NCBI GenBank assembly: GCA_964016885.1
Contig: OZ024747.1
Span: 24,986,001 to 25,050,000, forward strand
Source of the DNA: Eledone cirrhosa
Taxonomy: Eukaryota
Direction: 5' to 3'
DNA length: 64,000 nucleotides
Positions 1 through 12,530 of the stretch are shown here, in pieces. The notes beneath the pieces were generated by a model. That model made no database searches. It saw nothing but the letters and a program-made list of their open reading frames with translations, and was not told the DNA's origin. Within the stretch, counting starts at the first letter, position 1, and each line of letters starts with the position of its first letter. Both the position numbers and the translations under genes were made by a program.

Positions 1-845
1 CCAAATTCCGTAATTTGTAATTTGTAATTTTCCTCAATTCATTTATATATATTTTTAAAGGTTCTCTAAATTTTTAATTCTTTGAAGGGTCTTTCGGAAG
101 AGGTTTTTATTAAAAATATTAAAGAGGCCTTTTCTGAGGGATTTTTTGAAGGCTTTTTGAATTAACCTTTAATTGATTAATTTTTTCAACTATTTATTTC
201 TTAATTTTTAAATTTAATGTTCAACCTCTTAATCACTAATTTTTAATCTTAGATATATAAAATTTCTTAATCTTAAATTCATTAAATTTTTAAATTTCTG
301 GGTTTAGAACTCTTAAACTTCAAATCCTAACTTAAATCTTAATCTTTATATTATGGATTCCCTAAATCATTAACTTTATTAACCTCTTAAATCTTTTTGA
401 AAGTATTTTTTTTTTTTTTCCTAATTTTTAATTTTTAAGTTTAGAACTTTCGGAGGGATAATTAAATCTTCGTAAATTTTCTTAAATTTTTTTAAGGGAA
501 TTTTTTAGAAAAATTTTTTTGAAGGAATTTTTTAGGAAACATTTTATTTTTTTTATTCGTGAAACGTTGATGAAAATGATGAACTTACAATTACCTGTTA
601 TATGCCTTGAAAAGTCACACCATATGGTCGGACGAAACGGCTGTCGGCAATAAACTTGTAATAATGTCATAAAGTTCCTTTATTCTTTTTCCTTAATGTT
701 TCTGATCTACAAAGTTCCTTTATTCTTTTTCCTTAATGTTTCTGATCTACTTATACGCATAGAGCTTAACTAGCTACCGTCGCATATTTAGTAGGTCAGG
801 CGTGATCATCGCGATTTACGTACGACCTACCATACATCTTGCTAA
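1..845 (+). mobile_element. 3' non-coding end of a Penelope-like element (start outside window)
   Basis: T-rich UTR-like sequence, hammerhead motif at 603-649, 40-bp tandem duplication at 671-750 and a terminal hairpin (gtaggtc...gacctac) abutting (TA)n. Confidence 0.55.
603..649 (+). ncRNA. Type I hammerhead ribozyme, U3-A8 variant
   Basis: TGCC-TTGAAAA-GTC..GAC-GAAAC-GGCT-GTC-GGCA: stems I, II and III all pair; GUC cleavage triplet. Confidence 0.7.
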
Positions 846-1212
846 TATATATATAAATATATAAATATATATATATATGTATAAATATATAAATATATAT
901 ATATGTATAAATATATATATATATGTATAAATATATAAATATATATATGTATAAATATATAAATATATATATGTATAAATATATATATGTATAAATATAT
1001 ATATATATGTATAAATATATATATGTATCTATAAATATATATATATATATGTATAAATATATATATATATGTATAAATATATATATATATATGTATAAAT
1101 ATATATATATATGTATAAATATATATATATAAATATATATATATATGTATAAATATATATATATATGTATAAATATATATATATGTATAAATATATATAT
1201 ATATGTATAAAT

Positions 1213-1244
<32 letters not shown>

Positions 1245-1337
1245 GTATAAATATATATATATATATGTATAAATATATATATATATATGTATAAATATAT
1301 ATATATATATGTATAAATATATATATATATATGTATA

Positions 1338-1368
<31 letters not shown>

Positions 1369-1393
1369 GTATAAATATATATATATATGTATA

Positions 1394-1427
<34 letters not shown>

Positions 1428-1435
1428 AATATATG

Positions 1436-1486
<51 letters not shown>

Positions 1487-1597
1487 AAATATATATATAT
1501 ATGTATAAATATATAAATATATATATATGTATAAATATATATATATATATATATATAAATATATATATGTGTATAAATATATGTATATATATATATG

Positions 1598-1631
<34 letters not shown>

Positions 1632-2109
1632 TAAATATATATATATGCAGCAGCAACAAACTCCCTCCTACACCAGTGGCCAACCTATACAGGCTGGAGA
1701 TAAAATGTGTAGCAACAAGGGCGGTGCCCCAGCATGGCCTCAGCCGGATGGCTGAAGCAGGTAAAAGAGTAAAAGAGTAAAAGAGTATGTATAAATATAT
1801 ATATATATATGTATGTATAAATATATATATATATATGTATGTATAAATATATATATATATATATATATGTATAAATATATATATATATATATATGTATAA
1901 ATATATATATATATATATATATAGATAAATATATATATATGTATAAATATAAATATATATATATATGTATAAATATATATATATATATATGTATAAATAT
2001 ATATATATATATATGTATAAATATATATATATATGTATAAATATATATATATATATGTATAAATATATATATATATAAATATAGATATATATATATATAA
2101 ATATATATA
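846..2109. repeat. (TA)n microsatellite punctuated by TGTATAAA (first of many such tracts up to ~48.1 kb)
   Basis: Directly visible. Similar tracts at ~7947-8485, 9466-10464, 10907-12530, 15781-16330, 20576-20994, 30166-30457, 36782-39216, 39458-40344, 40963-41490 and 41807-42862. Confidence 0.98.
1647..1787 (+). mobile_element. 3'-end fragment of CR1-group LINE with (GTAAAAGA)n tail
   Basis: Near-identical to 17467-17586, the 3' end of the LINE at 16331-17590. Confidence 0.85.
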
Positions 2110-3719
2110 CATGGAAAGTTATATTTAAAATTGTTGGGTTACAACTAGTAAATATTTATAACTGATATAAAAGCACTCGACAAATATTTGGAGTATATTT
2201 ACAATATTAAATAAATGGAAACTATATTTATAAAACCATATTTATTTCATTATATATATTTCGGGGATATCATATTAACAATATGCTATGCCTTCCTCAG
2301 ACAAAATACAATATAAATAGTTTTATAGATAAATAGATTCGACATACCGTTATAACACCGACTTCTATTTGAAGAGGTTTAAGCTGGCAGTGAAAAAATT
2401 TTACACAGAGAGAAAGAAAGAGAGAAAAAAGAAAGAAAGACAGAAAACGAAGAAAAGGAAGAAAAAGAAGAAATGCATGGAACAAAATAGAGAGATGGAG
2501 AGATAGATAAAGCGAAGAACTTCATGTAAAGAAACAGAAAGAGATATATATATAGAGAGAGAGAGGAAATAGAGATAGATACATATATATATATAGAAAA
2601 TTAGGTAGTGGGAGGTCATTTTGAGTAAATGTATCAATGATACATTTATTTATTTATTTATTTATTTAGCTCAAGTATTAATGTAAGGGAGATATATATA
2701 GAGAGAAAAAAATATAGAGAGAGAAAAAAATAGCGAGAGAAAAAAAATTTAAAAATAGCCAGATATATTCGAGGCGTAAAAACCCTATGTTTTAATGTAT
2801 TAGTATTTATAAAACTTACACTATATTGTAAATATCAGTATTCCTGAATGAGACAAGTATCCATAGTGTGTGAAAATTAATTATCTTATGTTTAGTTTTT
2901 TAAAAAAATTCATATGTTTATGTGACAGCTACAAACATCCATGCGAATCCACATGATTCACTCTGCAAACTCTAAATTCACGGAAAACATTCTCAATGTG
3001 GTATAAAAATTTGAGCATAAATATATGTGTATTATTATTCCTGTCTTTACTCTACAAGATTATCTATCAAGCAGAAATAGAGAGCAGATTTCAATATACT
3101 AATAAAAATATATATCAGAAACAAAACTAAAAAAAATAAAAAGATAACAATAATAATAATAAGTAATAATAAAATAGAAAACTAAAAAAATATTACGAAA
3201 GAATATTACATATTAAAAATATTACATATTAAAAATATTACGTATTAAAAAATATTACGTATTAAAAATTCACATATTAAAGATATTAAAAATAAAAATA
3301 AAAAATAAAAAATATTATAAAATACTACAATAATAAAAAATAAAAATAAAAATAAACCACAAAGATCAACCCTTCAAAGTTAATTGACAATATATTGCCA
3401 AGTTCATTACAAGACAAAGCCAAAAATTATCTATCAAATCACATCTAGCAAAGATCATTTCAAAAAGTTTATGATGTCCAATTTGGTCTACATATGTTCT
3501 TATATTTAATATAGAAGTTTATCTAGTGTAAGGTTTATTCAAAATATTTGGAGCATCAGCTTTTAGGGTAGCTTAATTTTTCATGAGGAATGTTTAAATA
3601 AAAATAAAATAAAAATAAAAATAAACAATAAAAAAAGAATAAAAAGAAGGAATCAAAAATTTAGGAATCAAAAATTTATCGGCTAGTTTCCCATATAAAT
3701 ATAAATCAAACTAAATATA

Positions 3720-4772
3720 CTACATTTTAAATTTAAATTTATATTTAAACGTTGAGTTTAATCTATGTTTGCAACAACTGAATAAATTTGTCCGTAGATT
3801 AAGGGAATTTTTAGATTTTAGTATAAAGAATATCTCCTCTGCGCAGAGGTCACATGTCTCAGAGGATGAATTAAAAGGAATCCCTCTTGAGACTATATTC
3901 CAAGCCGTCGAATATCTAACGTTATCTAGCTTAAGTTGCCAGAGTACGCCTGATAGTGCTGTTGAAGATTTTTTACTTGGATCTGTGAAAGAATTCTTGT
4001 GGTTATTATAGCAAAGTTTAAATTCCGTCGATGTGGAACCGACGTAGTTAAAAGAATTAGAGTCAGTATTAACATTACAATTGTATACTATATTTTTAAC
4101 TAAGCAGTTGTTATTTAACGGACATTTAGATCTATCTCTACAGTTACATTTGTTAACTTGTATATTATTTATGCTATTATCACTAGGTTTTAAGTTCCTA
4201 TTATTTATTCTATTAATATTTTGTGCTAAATTTTTGGTGGATGAGTAGGTTAATTTAATTGTATGCCTATTGAAAATTGAGTGATACCTATGTGTTCTAG
4301 GGAAGCGATTATCAAGAGCTTTGAAAAATAATTTAGCGATGTGGGTTTTAATGTTTAGTGAGAAAGGGGGGGGGGGAACCAAATTATGTTCCTAGTTCTA
4401 TTTCTTTTTTGGCCTTTGGAATTATTGTAATGCTTTCTATTATAGTTGTTAATGTTGTTGCCGTAATTAAAAAAGTTGTTACTTTGTTTAGTTTGTCTAT
4501 CATTATCTATGTACACAATCTTATCAGCATATCCTGCCCTAGCTAATGCTTCATTATAGTATTGGGCCTTTTCGTCGAAAATCTTTCTATTCGACGAGAT
4601 CCTAGAGATACGTTTTTGAACTGAGTTTACTATAGTGTTTTTGACAGATCTGGGGTGGTTAGAGTTAAAGTTGACATAGTTTAAGTTTTCATTCAACTTG
4701 TGAAAAGGATAGTGGAGACATGTGTTGAGATTTAATGTTATATCTAGGAAATTGACTATTCTATGGTTGTTC
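3720..4772 (-). pseudogene. Inverted duplicate of the PLE-A RT thumb/GIY-YIG region (frameshift in poly-C run)
   Basis: ORFs 4355-4957 and 3720-4382 reproduce the C-terminal peptide of ORF 4722-6422. Confidence 0.9.
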
Positions 4773-6422
4773 ATTTTTGAAAATGACCTGCCAGTTAGAT
4801 TGATCGCACCTTCAAAATCGGACCTGGGCAAATTAAGCAAAAACATTCTTGACAGGGTGATACAGCAAATTAAGAACTTGGATTGTGTATCTAACCTGAG
4901 CTTGTGGAAGGGAACTGGAGAGGTTGTTGAGTGGTTTAGGCAAATTAAATATAACAATAATAATAGGTTTATTCAACTTGATATAGCTAACTATTATTCT
5001 TCTATTACCCCTAGTCTACTAAATAAGGCACTAAATTACGCATTCAAACATACTGACCTAACTAGCAAAGAAATGCATATTATATTATCGGCTAGGAAAA
5101 CTTTGATAGAATTTAATGACAAATTATGGACCAGAGCAGATAGAGATAGCAATTTTGACATAACTATGGGATCTTCCGACTCAGCTCAGGTAACTGACCT
5201 TGTGGGCTTATTTTTAATCAATTCGCTACATAGGAAAATACCTGGTACTACCGGAGGTTTATATAGGGATGACATGCTTTTACTTATTAATAATAATAAC
5301 CCTGAACTAAATAGAAAATGTAAACAAATTACAAAATTTTTTAATTACTTTAACCTTAAAATAGAAATTGAGAACAACCATAGAATAGTCAATTTCCTAG
5401 ATATAACATTAAATCTCAACACATGTCTCCACTATCCTTTTCACAAGTTGAATGAAAACTTAAACTATGTCAACCTTAACTCTAACCACCCCAGATCTGT
5501 CAAAAACACTATAGTAAACTCAGTTCAAAAACGTATCTCTAGGATCTCGTCGAATAGAAAGATTTTCGACGAAAAAGCCCAATACTATAATGAAGCATTA
5601 GCTAGGGCAGGATATGCTGATAAGATTGTGTACATAGATAATGATAGACAAACTAAACAAAGTAACAACTTTTTTAATTACGGCAACAACATTAACAACT
5701 ATAATAGAAAGCATTACAATAATTCCAAAGGCCAAAAAAGAAATAGAACTAGGAACATAATTTGGTTCCCCCCCCCTTTCTCACTAAACATTAAAACCCA
5801 CATCGCTAAATTATTTTTCAAAGCTCTTGATAATCGCTTCCCTAGAACACATAGGTATCACTCAATTTTCAATAGGCATACAATTAAATTAACCTACTCA
5901 TCCACCAAAAATTTAGCACAAAATATTAATAGAATAAATAATAGGAACTTAAAACCTAGTGATAATAGCATAAATAATATACAAGTTAACAAATGTAACT
6001 GTAGAGATAGATCTAAATGTCCGTTAAATAACAACTGCTTAGTTAAAAATATAGTATACAATTGTAATGTTAATACTGACTCTAATTCTTTTAACTACGT
6101 CGGTTCCACATCGACGGAATTTAAACTTTGCTATAATAACCACAAGAATTCTTTCACAGATCCAAGTAAAAAATCTTCAACAGCACTATCAGGCGTACTC
6201 TGGCAACTTAAGCTAGATAACGTTAGATATTCGACGGCTTGGAATATAGTCTCAAGAGGGATTCCTTTTAATTCATCCTCTGAGACATGTGACCTCTGCG
6301 CAGAGGAGATATTCTTTATACTAAAATCTAAAAATTCCCTTAATCTACGGACAAATTTATTCAGTTGTTGCAAACATAGATTAAACTCAACGTTTAAATA
6401 TAAATTTAAATTTAAAATGTAG
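4773..6422 (+). CDS. PLE reverse transcriptase plus C-terminal GIY-YIG endonuclease (5'-truncated, uninterrupted)
   Basis: LDIANYYSSI, FDITMGSSDSAQVTDLVG, LYRDDML, VNFLDI, then CNC..CPL..CL, IVY, YVGST, CDLC and LN.R motifs. Confidence 0.92.
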   Translation: MFENDLPVRLIAPSKSDLGKLSKNILDRVIQQIKNLDCVSNLSLWKGTGEVVEWFRQIKYNNNNRFIQLDIANYYSSITPSLLNKALNYAFKHTDLTSKEMHIILSARKTLIEFNDKLWTRADRDSNFDITMGSSDSAQVTDLVGLFLINSLHRKIPGTTGGLYRDDMLLLINNNNPELNRKCKQITKFFNYFNLKIEIENNHRIVNFLDITLNLNTCLHYPFHKLNENLNYVNLNSNHPRSVKNTIVNSVQKRISRISSNRKIFDEKAQYYNEALARAGYADKIVYIDNDRQTKQSNNFFNYGNNINNYNRKHYNNSKGQKRNRTRNIIWFPPPFSLNIKTHIAKLFFKALDNRFPRTHRYHSIFNRHTIKLTYSSTKNLAQNINRINNRNLKPSDNSINNIQVNKCNCRDRSKCPLNNNCLVKNIVYNCNVNTDSNSFNYVGSTSTEFKLCYNNHKNSFTDPSKKSSTALSGVLWQLKLDNVRYSTAWNIVSRGIPFNSSSETCDLCAEEIFFILKSKNSLNLRTNLFSCCKHRLNSTFKYKFKFKM

Positions 6423-7837
6423 TATATTTAGTTTGATTTATATTTATATGGGAAACTAGCCGATAAATTTTTGATTCCTAAATTTTTGATTCCTTCTTTT
6501 TATTCTTTTTTTATTGTTTATTTTTATTTTTATTTTATTTTTATTTAAACATTCCTCATGAAAAATTAAGCTACCCTAAAAGCTGATGCTCCAAATATTT
6601 TGAATAAACCTTACACTAGATAAACTTCTATATTAAATATAAGAACATATGTAGACCAAATTGGACATCATAAACTTTTTGAAATGATCTTTGCTAGATG
6701 TGATTTGATAGATAATTTTTGGCTTTGTCTTGTAATGAACTTGGCAATATATTGTCAATTAACTTTGAAGGGTTGATCTTTGTGGTTTATTTTTATTTTT
6801 ATTTTTTATTATTGTAGTATTTTATAATATTTTTTATTTTTTTTTTTTATTTTTATTTTTAATATCTTTAATATGTAAATTTTTAATACGTAATATTTTT
6901 TAATACGTAATATTTTTAATATGTAATATTTTTAATATGTAATATTCTTTCGTAATATTTTTTTAGTTTTCTATTTTATTATTACTTATTATTATTATTG
7001 TTATCTTTTTATTTTTTTTAGTTTTGTTTCTGATATATATTTTTATTAGTATATTGAAATCTGCTCTCTATTTCTGCTTGATAGATAATCTTGTAGAGTA
7101 AAGACAGGAATAATAATACACATATATGTATGCTCAAATTTTTATACCACATTGAGAATGTTTTCCGTGAATTTAGAGTTTGCAGAGTGAATCATGTGGA
7201 TTCGCATGGATGTTTGTAGCTGTCACATAAACATATGAATTTTTTTAAAAAACTAAACATAAGATAATTAATTTTCACACACTATGGATACTTGTCTCAT
7301 TCAGGAATACTGATATTTACAATATAGTGTAAGTTTTATAAATACTAATACATTAAAACATAGGGTTTTTACGCCTCGAATATATCTGGCTATTTTTAAA
7401 TTTTTTTTCTCTCGCTATTTTTTTCTCTCTATATATTTTTTTCTCTCTATATATATCTCCCTTACATTAATACTTGAGCTAAATAAATAAATAAATAAAT
7501 AAATGTATCATTGATACATTTACTCAAAATGACCTCCCACTACCTAATTTTCTATATATATATGTATCTATCTCTATTTCCTCTCTCTCTATATATATAT
7601 ATCTCTTTCTGTTTCTTTACATGAAGTTCTTCGCTTTATCTATCTCTCCATCTCTCTATTTTGTTCCATGCATTTCTTCTTTTTCTTCCTTTTCTTCGTT
7701 TTCTGTCTTTCTTTCTTTTTTCTCTCTTTCTTTCTCTCTGTGTAAAATTTTTTCACTGCCAGCTTAAACCTCTTCAAATAGAAGTCGGTGTTATAACGGT
7801 ATGTCGAATCTATTTATCTATAAAACTATTTATATTG

Positions 7838-7903
7838 TATTTTGTCTGAGGAAGGCATAGCATATTGTTAATATGATATCCCCGAAATATATATAATGAA
7901 ATA
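7838..7903 (+). ncRNA. Minimal type I hammerhead of PLE-A (mirror copy 2243-2308, minus)
   Basis: TATTTTGT-CTGAGGA-stem II (catatt/aatatg)-GAAA-T-ATAT-ATA-ATGAAATA; stem I pairs with G-U wobbles. Confidence 0.65.
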
Positions 7904-8046
7904 AATATGGTTTTATAAATATAGTTTCCATTTATTTAATATTGTATAAATATATATATATATATATGTATAAATATATAAATATATATATATATATGTG
8001 TATAAATATATATATATATATATATGTATAAATATATATATATAGG

Positions 8047-8083
<37 letters not shown>

Positions 8084-8104
8084 ATAAATATATATATATA
8101 TAGG

Positions 8105-8137
<33 letters not shown>

Positions 8138-8164
8138 GTATAAATATATATATATATATATAGG

Positions 8165-8201
<37 letters not shown>

Positions 8202-8295
8202 ATAAATATATATATATATATGTGTATATATATATATATATGTATAAATATATATATATATATGTATAAATATATATATATATATGTATAAATAT

Positions 8296-8327
<32 letters not shown>

Positions 8328-8444
8328 GTATAAATATATATATATATATATGTATAAATATATATATATATATGTATAAATATATATATATATATGTATA
8401 AATATATATATATATATATATGTATAAATATATATATATATATG

Positions 8445-8478
<34 letters not shown>

Positions 8479-8485
8479 TAAATAT

Positions 8486-9465
8486 TTGGCCAGAGGTGTT
8501 TATTTCCAGGTACCTTATGAATTTGACTTTCCGTATTTATTACTGTTGTGAAATGTTGTGTTTTTTTTTGGTTGTAACTTCTCTGTTTTTTAGCCGTAGA
8601 AAATATATATATGCCTATGTATATAATTACATGCATACACTTATTTTCTTTAATTAATTGAGTTCTTTACACGAGGAATTGATATTAGTTTTGAAATGAC
8701 TAATTAACCCGCGTGTTTTATATTTTACTCTTAATTCGGCCGGAGATTTACATTCCCATTTGCCGTTTAAAGCATGACTTTCTGTATTTACTGCGGTTAT
8801 GAGATGCGGTTCTTATTCGGGTACAACTTATGATTTTAGCCTAAGAAAATATCTATATGCGTGTGTAATTTATACATGCATATATTTATTTTTTTTATTT
8901 TCAATTGAGTTCTTAACACGGATTGATAATGTTTTCGAAAAAACTTATTAACCCGCGTGTATATTATTATTTTTTTCCTCCTTTCGTGGATCATAGTTGT
9001 CTCCCCTTCCCGCTTCGTGTCGCTATGATACTTCCTCAGTCAAGAACTGCTGGAATTTCAAATTTGGCGGTCATTTGATGCGAGAAGGAGCAACTTAACA
9101 GACACGATTTTTGACTGCGGTAAGAATTTCTTTCTTATCTCAAAGTTTAATGGGCTTCCACTGATGATTTATAAGCGCCCACCTAAATATATTCTTATAT
9201 GAATATATATTAGGCTTCTACATAAACTGGAAATATTCTCCCAACTTGTAGAAAACTTATAATGAAACAATTGTTTGGAAAGAGAGATGTATTTTAACTT
9301 TAATTATATCTCATAAAATAATACAACTGGTTTTTCCACATTATACATATTGTTAGCACCCCAAACACTTAAATTGGGTTTATATTTAAATATAACCTAA
9401 TGTTTGTTGAGTGAGATGGATACCAGTCAGAGTTTAGCTTTAAACTATCTCTGTTATTGTATTAA
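8486..9465 (+). mobile_element. Non-coding PLE-derived element with hammerhead; related copy 40345-40962 (minus)
   Basis: 8838-9465 matches the reverse complement of 40345-40962 with moderate divergence. Internal diverged duplication (8590-8716 vs 8835-8960); inserted in (TA)n. Confidence 0.7.
9156..9280 (+). ncRNA. Type I hammerhead with enlarged, branched stem II
   Basis: TTCCA-CTGATGA-tTTATAAG...CTTATAAt-GAAAC-AATT-GTT-TGGAA. Core conserved in the second copy at 40527-40651 (minus). Confidence 0.75.
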
Positions 9466-9582
9466 ATATATATATATATATATATATATGTATAAATATA
9501 TATATATATATATATATGTATAAATATATATATATATGTATAAATATATATATATATGTATAAATATATATATATATATATG

Positions 9583-9620
<38 letters not shown>

Positions 9621-9671
9621 TATATATATATATGTATAAATATATATATATATATATATCAATATATATAT

Positions 9672-9724
<53 letters not shown>

Positions 9725-9743
9725 AATATATATATATATAAAT

Positions 9744-9798
<55 letters not shown>

Positions 9799-9845
9799 TA
9801 TATATATATGTATAAATATATATATATATATATATAAATATAAAT

Positions 9846-9878
<33 letters not shown>

Positions 9879-9881
9879 AAT

Positions 9882-9936
<55 letters not shown>

Positions 9937-10166
9937 AATATATATATATATGTATAAATATAAATATATATATATATAAATATATATATATATGTATAAA
10001 TATAAATATATATATATATAAATATATATATATATATGTATAAATATAAATATATAAATATATATATATATATGTATAAATATAAATATATATATATATA
10101 TGTATAAATATATATATATATATATGTATAAATATATATATATATGTAAATATATATATATATATG

Positions 10167-10208
<42 letters not shown>

Positions 10209-10266
10209 AATATATATATATATATGTAAATATATATATATATATGTAAATATATATATATATATG

Positions 10267-10328
<62 letters not shown>

Positions 10329-10342
10329 TATATATATATATG

Positions 10343-10421
<79 letters not shown>

Positions 10422-10464
10422 AAATATATATATATATATATGTATAAATATATATATATATATA

Positions 10465-10906
10465 TACGATATTAAATAAATGGAAACTATATTTATAAAA
10501 CCATATCTATTTCATTATATATATTTCAGGGATATCATATTAAAAATATGTTATGCCTTCTTCAGACAAAATACAATATAAACAGTCTTATAAATAGATA
10601 GATTTGACATACCTTTCAACTTCAACTTCCATTTAAAAAGTTGATTTTTAAATGGAAGTTGAAGTTGAAGGGTATGTCAAATCTATATATTTATAAGACT
10701 GTTCATATTGTATTTTGTCTGAAGAAGGCATAACATATTTTTAATATGATATCCCTGAAATATATATAATGAAATAGATATGGTTTTATAAATATAGTTT
10801 CCATTTATTTAATATCGTAAATATACTCCAAATACTTGTTGAGTGCTTTTATATCAGTTATAAATATTTACTCGTTGTAACCCAACAATTTAATAAAACT
10901 TTGCAT
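10465..10906. mobile_element. Mini palindromic PLE insertion (PLE-A family 3' end, head-to-head)
   Basis: ~10465-10635 pairs with ~10646-10818 and the right arm continues into the PLE-A-type tail. Hammerheads at 10711-10776 (+) and 10508-10573 (-). Confidence 0.85.
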
Positions 10907-10952
10907 ATATATATATATATATATGTATAAATATATATATATGTATAAATAT

Positions 10953-10983
<31 letters not shown>

Positions 10984-11288
10984 AATATATGTATAAATAT
11001 ATATATATATATATAAATATATATATATATGTATAAATATATATATATATATATATATGTATAAATATATATATATATATATATATATGTATAAATATAT
11101 ATATATATATGTATAAATATATATATATATATATATATGTATAAATATATATATATATATATATATGTATAAATATATATATATATATATATGTATAAAT
11201 ATATATATATATATATATATGTATAAATATATATATATATATATGTATAAATATATATATATATATATATATATGTATAAATATATAT

Positions 11289-11320
<32 letters not shown>

Positions 11321-11626
11321 GTATAAATATATATATATATATATATATGTATAAATATATATATATATATATATATATGTATAAATATATATATATATAT
11401 ATATATGTATAAATATATATATATATATATATATATGTATAAATATATATATATATATATATATGTATAAATATATATATATATATATATATGTATAAAT
11501 ATATATATATATATGTATAAATATATATATATATGTATAAATATATATATATATGTATAAATATATATATATATGTATAAATATATATATATATGTATAA
11601 ATATATATATATATGTATAAATATAT

Positions 11627-11658
<32 letters not shown>

Positions 11659-11769
11659 GTATAAATATATATATATATATGTATAAATATATATATATAT
11701 ATATATATATGTATAAATATATATATATATATGTATAAATATATATATATATATAAATATATATATATA

Positions 11770-11801
<32 letters not shown>

Positions 11802-11841
11802 AATATATATATATAAATATATAAATATATATATATATATA

Positions 11842-11905
<64 letters not shown>

Positions 11906-11916
11906 AATATATATAT

Positions 11917-11955
<39 letters not shown>

Positions 11956-11966
11956 AATATATATAT

Positions 11967-12005
<39 letters not shown>

Positions 12006-12016
12006 AATATATATAT

Positions 12017-12062
<46 letters not shown>

Positions 12063-12181
12063 ATGTATAAATATATATATATATATGTATAAATATATAT
12101 ATATATATATGTATAAATATATATATATGTATAAATATATATATATATTTATGTATAAATATATATATATATATATATATG

Positions 12182-12225
<44 letters not shown>

Positions 12226-12238
12226 ATTAAAATAATAT

Positions 12239-12273
<35 letters not shown>

Positions 12274-12294
12274 AATATATATATATATGTATAA

Positions 12295-12347
<53 letters not shown>

Positions 12348-12463
12348 TGTATAAATATATATATATATATGTATAAATATATATATATATATATGTATAA
12401 ATATATATATATGTATAAATATATATATATATTTATGTATAAATATATATATATATATATATG

Positions 12464-12509
<46 letters not shown>

Positions 12510-12530
12510 ATTAAAATAATATATATATAT

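Larger units (their letters stand above)
2110..7946 (+). mobile_element. Penelope-like element PLE-A (Nematis-like), 5'-truncated, with inverted ~2.57-kb arm
   Basis: 2200-4772 is the reverse complement of 5372-7946. The left arm has an extra ~90-bp tail (2110-2199). RT+GIY-YIG ORF, flanked by (TA)n. Confidence 0.92.

Noticed and set aside
4722-4772. Apparent start of the 566-aa PLE ORF (likewise the starts at 21283, 27498 and 33268)
   Set aside because: Derived from the inverted arm; the elements are 5'-truncated.
2200-7946. ADAR-type A-to-G bias between palindrome arms
   Set aside because: Only about four substitutions were noticed, of mixed types; insufficient evidence.
2110-7946. DNA transposon with giant TIRs
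   Set aside because: Arms contain RT/GIY-YIG coding sequence and hammerheads, are asymmetric, and there is no transposase.
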